A DNA stretch of 63,767 bases, counting the filler, from Choristocarpus tenellus KU-1152 (taxonomy: Eukaryota > Protista > Phaeophyceae), in the NCBI GenBank assembly GCA_964200185.2. It is 10 parts of 10 records of this genome, joined end to end, with 100 filler letters (N's around TTAATTAATTAA, not from the genome) between each part and the next. Parts side by side here need not be neighbours in the genome. Positions count along the whole stretch, not along the records: positions 47,910 to 53,825 come from CAXNAD020009423.1; positions 53,926 to 56,879 come from CAXNAD020023398.1; positions 56,980 to 60,193 come from CAXNAD020021485.1; positions 60,294 to 63,767 come from CAXNAD020019797.1; 6 more parts are not named here. The stretch is one strand, 5' to 3'. The notes under the pieces were generated by a model that ran no database searches, was not told the origin of the DNA, and saw only the letters and a list, made by a program, of their open reading frames with translations. A program made the position numbers and the translations under genes. Numbering within the stretch: the first letter of the stretch is position 1; each line of letters starts with the position of its first letter. Of the stretch, positions 53,688 through 63,767 are shown piece by piece.

Positions 53688-56600
53688 GTGAAATCTCTGC
53701 TTTTTTTTTTTTTCGTGCTGACGCTGTGTGCAACATCATTGCACACGTAACTTGGAAGTTGATGGATATGGACCGGGTCGTTCAGAACTGTTTTTGCAAC
53801 GCCCTTTGGCCAAGGGGCGGGGGGGNNNNNNNNNNNNNNNNNNNNNNNNNNNNNNNNNNNNNNNNNNNNTTAATTAATTAANNNNNNNNNNNNNNNNNNN
53901 NNNNNNNNNNNNNNNNNNNNNNNNNCAATGCGTGGAAACCACTAATCAGTTACTTGACCACTATCAAATATTGTATTACTGTCGTCCTTATCTTCCCATC
54001 TCTCTCTCTATTTTATTATTATCCCCTCTGACATTTTCATTTGTTTTCCCCCTGACACATCTGCAAAATGTTAGAGGGCATAATAATATTTAACAAAATC
54101 GATGGTGGAGAACGTGAAAAATGCAACATAACCATAAAAACGTGGGTATGGCAAACGACATGAACTCGTTATTCGTCCCGTAAAATCACGCAATAATAGC
54201 ACATATTTAAAATCACCTCACATCTTTTACACCCATTATGTTAGATCTTACATTCGTGTTAATAGAGTGAGCGATCTCCATCCATGTACAACTGCGAACG
54301 CCTAGGCGAGAACGTTACCGAGTTTAGGGTCACAGCCGAGGACAGAAGAGGTGGAGGCAACGGGTGGGGTCGCCTAGGGACCCTTTTGGCAACTATTGCA
54401 GGGGCCAGCTTGTGCAACACGGTGATGTTCCTTGGAGTGGTGGTTTCCTGCCCTCGCGTGTTCTTAACCCTGACATCTCGTTCAGATCTTCGGTATAAAC
54501 TGTGCAATGGGACTGCTATGGTTCTGAGTTTGAATGTGTTTATTGGCTTATGCAGGTTGTCTACCCCTCTGCAGAAGAGGGCCTGCTTGCTTTCCTGAAA
54601 TATAGTGTTCGTCCGTCGCATCGTGGATCACAGAGCGAAATTTCTGTAATATTTGACCACCCATGCTTTATGACACTCCAAAGATGATGTCATACGATAC
54701 ATTATATCTTTCGTCACTGATAAAAGTAGGATATCATTGAGAAGTTTACCAGTTGGTGTTGTGGTCACAACTCAGTTCTCTGTTTTATCCATCAATGCAT
54801 TACCTACGTGTTCCCTCTTGTCGAGATTCTCTCTCATGACCGAGTCTTGCCCCCAGTCCATATCTCAAGGACATCCTGGACTGGGACTTCTGGGTGTTGG
54901 TTTGGTCGTGGCTTGTTTTCTATGGTCATTTAAGCGACGCCATACTGTCAAGCAAGGTGGGCACCTATGCTTGCTCGAACATATTCGCGCACGAATTGTG
55001 TCTTCTTCGCAGAAGATGATCGTATGAATAGGTGTTGTTTGATCTCTTGATATCTTAGCTGGCACAGAGATGGCATGCGTGATTGCTGACTTTTTTACTG
55101 ACAAATTTTCTGGTTGTCCAACCTGTGGAGGTACATGCTGGATGAGGAAAATTGTGTTGTTGACACAATGTTGACTGCAAGGATGCAGTCATACTTATTG
55201 ACAGGCCATTTTATCACTACGACTTTTTTTAACGAAAACAGTTTAAATACGTCCTCAGAACTATCCCCCCCAAATTTCGCTGTGAAAGCATGGCATTTTG
55301 TACGCTTGCTTCAACCTGCACCTCTTCTCAGTACAATGCACGATCTCCCCAGTCACTGATTTTCCGTGCCCTTACCCCTGTACCCCAATTTTCTGCGCGA
55401 TATACCTCGTATTGGCCTATGCAATTGGTGAGAATAAGAGTCCCTGCTGGTGATTCAGGAGCTGGGGGTGCAGATAACTACAAAATATGTCGACGGGAGG
55501 GAGACTAGCAAGGTGAGAGGCAACATGGAGGTGTCCATTCCACATCACACAGGTGGTAACAATTTCTGTTCGCTACCATGCACCCCCTGACCACCACCAC
55601 AAGCATTATATACTCAACTTTCGCAAGAGGTATGGGCGGGAGCTGAAGGGCTCACATGGTTCTTGTATAGGGAACAGTATTAGTAGGCCTTCTTTTGTCA
55701 CTTGTTACTTGCCGTGGCAGGCTGTAATTGCGTTCCAAGTGTCAAATGAAAGGGTGGATTTAGGTGGTGAGTGCCGACACAATCCTGTTTGTTTAAGGGA
55801 ACATATGGAATGCTGAGCAAATATAACAGAGGTTTAGGTATAGTGGTGGAGGGACCGAGAACTGCTGTCGGTGTTGACTGAGTGAGGTGGATCAATACCC
55901 TCTACATTCTGCGAAGCCTTGGGGACACCTATGTGACTACGGTTTTGCTAAATATAAAGGATTTATGTATGCATGTTGCTTGATGGACGATAACCTAACC
56001 CTACCCCTAAGTTTCCTTGCTGTAAGCCTTCTTAGGTTTTGGTGACGCGTGCACCCTGAGTCTGTTTTAGATTCGGAAAGCTTGTTGGATATTCTGCACC
56101 TCACCACTGAGGGATTGAATAGTCTGCTGGGTTTGAATTGAATTGTTGCGCTGAAGAGGGCATCGGGGTTATTGGGTACACCCAAGTACCAAACACTGCA
56201 TCCTGCCTTCAGTAGGGTTAAATGTGCACTGTGTTGTGCGTGTCACCTGTGTGTTAGAGAGAGAGGCAATTCGCTTCCTTTGAATAAGACCGAAATCTCT
56301 TCTTGTTGAGAATAGGCTGATGCCAGCATGTCAGTTCACATACCCCACAGGTCAGTGAATTACAAAAAGTTTCCCCCTCAAGTGTGCTGTTTCTAGAATT
56401 GAAAGATGCTCCTTGTGGGGGGGGCGTCCCACCCCTGTTTTCCCCCCCCCCCCCCCCCGAGTTCCTAGACAAGGCGAAAACAAGGAGATTTTTCAACGAA
56501 GGCATAACGATGCATCGTGTTGTGTTTTACATGGCCTTTATTGTGGAGGGCCAGGGCAACATGGTGGTGGCATTTGAGAACCTGAAACCCCGACTGGGCG

Positions 56601-56979
56601 TCCTGGTAAAGATTTACAGGTGACGACATTTTGTAAAAAAGTTTTGTAGTAATCCCCTCGGATGTACGGCCCTGTTACCGTGTTACCCATATGTTCCGTC
56701 AGGTCACCCCACACACGCCTCTTTTCAACTAGCGCAAAGGACTTGGGCAAGCGAAGTCTGCCGCAGGTGCACTCGTACCCAGAGCTGCAAGATGTTATCA
56801 CGATATCCCCATCTGGCCGGCTCCCCCGCCGCTCGTCCGGCCCGCCCCCGCCTCGCCCATGGCGTTCGACTTGCCGTACNNNNNNNNNNNNNNNNNNNNN
56901 NNNNNNNNNNNNNNNNNNNNNNNTTAATTAATTAANNNNNNNNNNNNNNNNNNNNNNNNNNNNNNNNNNNNNNNNNNNN

Positions 56980-58554
56980 GAATTCTTGGAGGTCCTCAGA
57001 TAACTTCCTTTTTTTCCTGAATCGATAAGTTCTCCATTCTGTTGTATACTTCCAGTACTCAATATGCGGCATGGTAGACCTGGGACCCATAGAACATCCT
57101 TCAGAACCACTCTTGTTGGTTCGCCGTCCTTGTCCGTCACCATTTGAACCATATCCTCGGTTTCCTTCGCTTCCAATTTCCCATTGTTTCCGAAGGTGCA
57201 TGTGCGTTTGGTGTCCCGAATGCTAATGAGATCTTCACGATCAGGTGTAAGATGTACGTTTGCTCCAGAGTCACACAATATCTCGACTTGTCTTCCACTG
57301 GAGGAGTTGAACACCGCACTTTTGTTAACCTCCTCGTCTGCTGTCTCCTTGAAAGTGGAGAAGGAGCGCGCTTGGTTTCCGTCGACTTTGTTGCTGCTCC
57401 CACAAGTTGGAGGTGGCGGAAATGTTCCGGGTGCCATCCCAGGCGGCCGTGTTGCAGGTGGCTTTCCTTTTAAGTATGAGTAGCAATTCTGCCATCAATG
57501 GCTCATCTTTAAGCAATATCCACATTGGTTTGATTTGAGGCCGCTTCCAGCTGATCCCCTGGTCTTCCGAGCATGGCCGTTCTTTGCATTGCCATGCATT
57601 GCCAATACCCCATCATGACCATCTTGACCCGAGTGAAGGTAAGTTGTCGACAAGATGACTGCCCGTTTGAGCTCCTCATAGCTGATGTCCGGGCGCGTAA
57701 TTAATTGCTCGAACACATGTGGCATCGCTTCCTTGATCCCAAGCAGTATAGATGCCCTCTTCATGTTTTCGGATTTGGGCTCCTTGAGCTCATCGAATTC
57801 CGAAAATAGTCCTTCTAGTTTAACGACAAAATCGGTGCTGTCCTGAGACGCCGCGCACCGTAATTCTCGGAGTTTTGCCTCCAAGGTGATGACTTGTAGG
57901 GGGATCTCGTCCTCTGCGCGTCTACCATAGACATGTTCTAGTTCTAACCATACCCCTCTGCCGTCTAGTTGACCCCCATTTTCGCATTTCGCCATATTGT
58001 TGATGCAGTCCCCTTCGTTGTTTGTAGAAGGAGGAACCATAACGCCTTGTTATTCTTTGTGTGCGTGGCATGTACTGTAAGCACTGCCTCTCCCGAGATG
58101 GTGGTGGGTGTTTCAGGAATCTCGTAGTCCCTCGTTGTAATCTCGTACAAACCCTTTCCATCAGCGTAGGCGATCAATAACAGTCTCCAAGTTGACCAGG
58201 TCTCCAATGACCTTCCTGTCGCCCCCGTCCAGACAGCAAGTTTCTTCAGGACAGTCTCCGTACTACCAAGGCTCATAACCTGTGCAAATTTACCTTAGGA
58301 GGTAATATTATTTATCAGTAGCAAACACAAGAAGGTGTGAAGCCTCACCCGACCCCCTTCGCTGAACGTGAAAAGAATGGACGGTTGAAATTAGAAGAGT
58401 GACCTTTGTGGGGTGTTTTCCATTGTTTGTTATTATTATTTGTGTTTCGCTACCTATTTCAAAGTAACGAAAGGGAATGAATACCCATACATAATTCCAT
58501 ATACAATCCGGATATATTATCTCATTAGTTACATCGCATGAATTTAATTCAACA
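56980..58554 (-). mobile_element. Copia 5' half: LTR, PBS, gag, zinc knuckle, aspartic protease (decayed)
   Basis: Candidate LTR TGTTGAA(58554)...TGCACA(58281); PBS GGTTATGAGC; gag 58276-57495 with a frameshift near 57995; knuckle CGYCLKMSH*WQNC; protease ILCDSGANVHLT...LKDVLWVPGL. Confidence 0.9.
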
Positions 58555-60293
58555 CAATAATCTCATATACACAAGATAAGGTACACCTCACTGTTGTCCT
58601 ACTTTGCACAATACTTACCTGACGGGGGCTTGCCAGTGGTCAAGATGACTGGTGACCGCAGGGGGAGCAGGCTCTTGCACTTGGTCTGAAGACCATGGAG
58701 TGCTGTAATCCCTGCAGAAAGTCTCTTCGGAAGCTTCTCTACCGTATATTTTTTTACCGGGGAGGTTGCGCTTGCGCTCCTCCCAACGAACGAACACGGC
58801 GAACGGACACAACAACAACAGTTAGTAGCAACAGTAACTCTTACACACCCGCCTAATGTGCACAGCACAGCTAAGCCCGTGCTTACTTGTTGTACCTACT
58901 GCCTCGATCTTTTTTGCGATTCGCTTGTTTGTGTGTACGCACGTACATTATGTGCGTGGGAAACGCTTTCTCCCCAACAGACTGCGGTCTCACTGCACCG
59001 GTTGGCCTCGATCGACAAGTTGGTTGTCTTTCGCTGCCACCCTCTTACCTTGCGTCCTTGGCTGACTGACCGAGCTCACCTATTCCATCCATCCCACCGA
59101 CTGATGCGCATCCTTGTCGCCGCCACGCCTTGCGTTCATTACAAATCTCTAGGGGATGTCATTTCCCCACCCCTCTCCACTGCCCCCTGCAGGTAGCTGC
59201 AACTCTTACCTTCCTTGCAGAGGTGAACCTTGTTCCATCTCCGAGCGAGTGAGAGCTCTCCCTTTGCCCCGCCATGGCAACAACAATAGTGAGTGATGAT
59301 AGTGGATACTATCTGAGGTGGCTGCCCCCCTGCTGGCAAGCAGTGGATCCTCCATTTCCCTTGGTTGTGCTATCAATCCCGCCCAATCCCACTCAATTGA
59401 AACTTCACATACGTAACACTGGCCTACCAGCCCTTTCACTGCTCATAGCAACTTGTGCTCTTGTACTGAACCGTTAGCAGATTGTTGGTTTTGTGCATAT
59501 CCTCCAAACCCGCACCCAGGTTTGGCCACCACTCGTGCGTGGGATGGGGCGTGGAGGGGAGGGCATTGTAGCTCTATACACGTCCAGGGCGGTCCATATA
59601 GTCCCCTTTGAGCACTTTCCTGTGCAACGAGTTGATCCTGAGTGTCAAGCCTGGGCCTCGGCATGTCCTTTGTAACATCGTAACAAGGAGGGCAACAAGG
59701 GGAAAATTATAACCGGCTGAGATCAGACCCTGCTGACCGCCCACCACACAAGCATTAGACAAGTGCTCCTTGCTCTCCCTCGCTCTCCGGTCAATACGAC
59801 CATGACACTGGGAAGGGCAAGCCCCCAGGAGTAGATTGCAAGCCCATCACATACAATTGCCCTCTTTGCTCAAACTGTACCAGGCAGGAAGGTACAAAAG
59901 ACGAAGAGCAATCCATACTCTCGGCCTGTGGAGAGGGACCAACAAAGATTCCGGTATAAACATCATATACTAATTGAGGGCGTGATCAATGTCCTAGAGG
60001 ACATCACAACACCCACGAAGTATATACGACCCAAAGAGAAGCACGATACAGTAGGTAATAGTGTTGATATTTATAGCATTTTGGAGCTTACGACAGTAAG
60101 TATCATTGGCCTTTCCCCTGACACATCTGTTACAGGAAAATAGCGCAAGTATTTCTTCCCGTGCTTTAACCGGCGCGAGCAGTGTACGCACGTNNNNNNN
60201 NNNNNNNNNNNNNNNNNNNNNNNNNNNNNNNNNNNNNTTAATTAATTAANNNNNNNNNNNNNNNNNNNNNNNNNNNNNNNNNNNNNNNNNNNN

Positions 60294-61200
60294 GGGTGGA
60301 CACTAGCTATGCTCACATGTGCCCCCGAGTTGCAGTAACCAAGTACAGCATCACTCATCCGTGATCTGGAAACTGGGCAGCATCTGTAGGCAAATGGTTG
60401 TCCCCTGCACCTTGGAGGACAGCCTCTCCTTCACCATCAATCGTATTTTCGTGTGCATGGACGTGATCTTCCATGTAGGACCTCTCTCCAATGCACCTAC
60501 TGCCCCCTATAGGGAAAAGGGACTACTCCTGGATGCGGCCTTAGCTGATGTACAAGCGGACTTCCACGTCCTCAGTTCATCAACCAACAACAATGCATGC
60601 TGCAGTTGCAGCAGAGCCCCCATAAGCGTAACCTCTACTACTGAATTCTTTTGACCCTCAAAGCTATAACCTCAACGACCCAAAGTAAATAAGATGTACC
60701 TAGGTTTTTGTCGTTTTGCATTTTATCCCGATTTTTAAAAACTTTTTTCGATTCACCCATATTTCCATGGATGGAGTGTTAAGATTGACTTGAAAACGTT
60801 GATTTCTCTATTGTTAGAAATTATTCAACAGAAATCAGGAAGTTACCATACTCGTTTGTACAAAAAGAAGTTTTTTTCACTTTGTCAGAATCTTTAAAAT
60901 GCAACCCTGGATACCTCTCGTTTAACTTAGCTCAAAACGTTTGTAGTACAAAGCTTCGGGCATCTGGGCACACAGGCAGAGCTATTTCTGGACGAGGTAG
61001 GGACACATGTTGTAGTAGGGGAGAGGAGGGCTTCAGCAGAAAGGGAGTTGTAAGCTCACTGTTAAAGTAGATTATTTTAGTCACTGCTCAACTGGCTATA
61101 TCCAGAAGAATTATGCACTTTCAACTAGGAAATCCAGGTTGATGGGCTAGGCGAGGCTTAACAGGTTCATTAAATTCTTCCTTTGTTCTCACCCACCTTC
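60294..61200 (+). mobile_element. CRE-like LINE 3' remnant split by MITE F
   Basis: PCTLEDS..PYREKGLLLDAALADVQA, then after the insertion FVVQSFGHLGTQAELFLDEV..VTAQLAISRR. Confidence 0.75.
60677..60933 (+). mobile_element. MITE family F
   Basis: GACCCAAAGTAAATAAGATGTAC...TACCTCTCGTTTAACTTAGCTC. It interrupts AACCTCAAC|ACxTTT, which is contiguous in the two other CRE copies. Confidence 0.8.
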
Positions 61201-61695
61201 ATAGAGTCGGTTTTTGGAGTGGCGCTTTTTGTTATTTTGTGTTTCAATACATTTATATTTATATAAAAGTTAGTGTATGTGATGTAATGGTAGTAGTAGT
61301 CCTTTATGCGGTTAAGTTGTATTCTCTACATTATGTTGTGTTTTACCTAAGAATCGATCTCTGAAACATGTCAGTGGGCAGGGTTTTTTTTAAATCATTT
61401 ATACATGTATTCTCCAAAGGAATGTAAGCTAGTGATAGGTCTCAGGTTTAAGTATCATTTACTACCTCCGTGCCATAAGTCGGTTTCGTGTTGTCCATAA
61501 CTATAAATTATGATGAAATTCATTTCTGAAAGAAGATTTGAAATCCTTGACGAATTTCAGGTTAGGGTCAGCTCTTTTTTTTATTATTACTCCCCATCCA
61601 TCACTATTCTATCAACCTCAGAAAAACCTCCGTGTCCACCTTTGGTGTGTTTTCAAGCCCACCAGACAACTGCCTCTTCCTTACCCCTGTGTGCC

Positions 61696-61858
61696 GACCC
61701 AAAGTATCTGGGGGGGGGGGTCTACACTAGGGTATCCATTTGGTCCATAACTAGGAAAAGTGCAATTACATTATCCATCTGACGTATGCAACCAAATCAC
61801 GACAAGGAAAAAATTGACCCCAAATGGACAACCGCAAACCCCCCAGATACTTTGAGCC
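61696..61858 (+). mobile_element. MITE family B, full copy
   Basis: GACCCAAAGTATCTG11...CCCCCAGATACTTTGAGCC. Confidence 0.88.
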
Positions 61859-61861
61859 TTC

Positions 61862-62720
61862 TCCACAATGAAGTCATTCCCCCCTTTGAATCCAAGCACT
61901 TGATTGTAAACCACAAAAAGGAGCTGCCAAGCCCTCTCAAGTGGGGTTTCATCATACTCATACTGTTTCTTAATTACCTTCACCATCTCCTCAACGAACC
62001 CAAACCGCTCCCCCATCACCTGGCATTTCAAAGACCTGAAGAAGCACGGGTCCATGATATTGAGGTTATGGGAGTTAAATGGCTGCGTCACAAGCCTAAT
62101 CAATCACCCATCAGTCTTCCCTGCCCCTGAGAAGATTTCTGAGTTGCCCTTGCTTGTGTGGGGGGTGGCACTGTCTTGCTGAATGACAACATGCTTCCCC
62201 TGCAACTAAGACATCTTGGTTTTGATTGCAGGCAATAACTCCTCCGTGCACCACTTCCTGCACCACAAATGGTCTAAAATACAGTCCTGCTCATACACAT
62301 CTCCCCCTCTTATGGTTCTTGCTTGTCCTGTCTGACATTTTTGACACACACACATGCCAAACACCAAGCTTTCCATCAAAGCTGTGAGCCGAATCTAGGC
62401 GGTCGTTGGCTGTAATATGGTCATGGTTTTGGGGATATGACTCTTGTGCTGCACAGTAGGGGACCCTAGAAGGTTGCTATCATCCTCATGCGAATATACC
62501 CTAACCCTTTCCCCATCAGCCATCACGTAAAACTAGGTCTCATCCACATGGATCGTGTTCACCATGGAGGCGTACACACCACGTTTCCAGTCCACTTGAT
62601 TGCAAACAAAGTCCATTATATAGCATGCATCTTCTACATGAGCACCATCCAGTAAGATAGTCATTGTCACAACATGTACAGTCATGATTGACTGGCTTTA
62701 AATATTTCCTGCTGCCAATT
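61862..62720 (-). pseudogene. Tc1/mariner transposase, plant/oomycete DD39D-like, decayed
   Basis: VNTIHVDET*FY; VQHKSHIPKTM; FDGKLGVW..RTSKNH; PAIKTKM..VIQQDSATPH; QPFNSHNLNIMD..FFRS; GGNDF. There are 40 codons between D2 and D3, and several stops. Confidence 0.85.
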
Positions 62721-63298
62721 GTCTTGAGTTACATCTCCTCAACAAAGAAATAACCTCACATATACCCGTCTATTCCACCCACATGTTCTTAGGCACTGCA
62801 GTTCCCCCACAGCAGAAAAATGATGAAGTTTAAAGAAGTGTCGAAAAATTTGCCTATTTGGTCCATTTTTTGATAATATCATATCATATATACTATATGT
62901 AGTATATCAATTAAGACCAGCGTTTTTGGTCAACATCATATCAAACATCAAATCACCTGAAAATAACATGAGATCCATCACTATTACATGTGAGAAAAAG
63001 TAGCTCATTTTTTTAATTGATTGAAAGCCACTTGTTTTGATAATGTCTGACACACACATAACTAAAACCAACGGTATCTCATGTGCTTTGAAAATCTGTG
63101 CTAAATGCCATTGCCAAACTTCAGCTCTTACACCGTGCAAGGGCGTAAGTGTTCCATTATATAATCTGAGACCTTGGCAAATGAGTCCTTTCAAAGTCAA
63201 AAAGGTAGCCGTACTGGAGTTTGTTGCCTTTTCCAGAAACAACATTTCAGAGGAAATATTGGTCACAGAGGGTTTGAGGTTAGTGTTCGGCCTTCAGA

Positions 63299-63558
63299 GA
63301 GTCAAAGTATCTTAGAGGATAGGGCCTCGTCCATTTGGGGGCCAACATCCACTGTTGCGATTTTGATGTAATTTTGACTATCATGTTTGTTGGGAAGTGT
63401 CAATATCCTTGTTCCAGACACAAATGTTCATGACGTATACACTCCACCTACTCTGAAACATTATGGAGTAGGAAAATGTAAAAAAATTACACCATGGGAA
63501 GTCAAGCCCCAAATGGACAAACAGGGCAAACCTCGTACCCTCTAAGATACTTTCACTC
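63299..63558 (+). mobile_element. MITE family A, full copy
   Basis: GAGTCAAAGTATCTTAGAGGATA...TACCCTCTAAGATACTTTCACT(C). Flank CAGA is repeated if the element ends at CACT. Confidence 0.9.
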
Positions 63559-63767
63559 AGAACTTATCCAACACCAAAGTTCCTCAAGAGGTGTCTTGAG
63601 TGGTCTGGTACACTTTGCTCCGAGGAAGGGATCAAAGTATCTGGGAGGTCTACACCAGGGTGTCCATTCAGGCCCTGACCAGGAGAAGTGTTACAGTCGA
63701 ATACCGTGAGCGTTTGAACCAAAGTATCTAGGAGGGGGGGGGGGGGCGGGAGCAGGGTGACCATTTG

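Noticed and set aside
53926-56879. Several 80-120 aa ORFs
   Set aside because: No recognisable motifs or consistent exon chain, so left unannotated.
1-63767. Fanzor/TnpB, Cas or prokaryotic defence system
   Set aside because: No RuvC/zinc-ribbon motifs, operon structure or repeat-spacer arrays were seen.

Overview
This window is eukaryotic, not prokaryotic. It is ten unrelated contigs joined by artificial 100-nt spacers (N44-TTAATTAATTAA-N44). The GT-AG intron-rich genes, an axonemal-type dynein and interstitial TTAGGG runs suggest a flagellate-stage stramenopile such as a brown alga (inference). Host genes: a large multi-exon PH+PX+coiled-coil gene (86-14909, minus), an FCS/FLZ-like zinc-finger ORF, 5 dynein heavy chain exons, 2 ABCG exons, an intronic tRNA-Met and a damaged tRNA-Glu. 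Most of the rest is nested transposon debris: two Copia remnants, solo LTRs, CRE-like RLE LINE fragments and a DD39D-like mariner pseudogene. The most striking system is a spliced, 7-exon Sola-like (DUF7869-type) DDD transposase at 40440-44494, which the ORF track does not show. It comes with about 19 full or partial copies of three MITE families that share a 5-nt+AAAGTA terminus, several with 4-bp target-site duplications.
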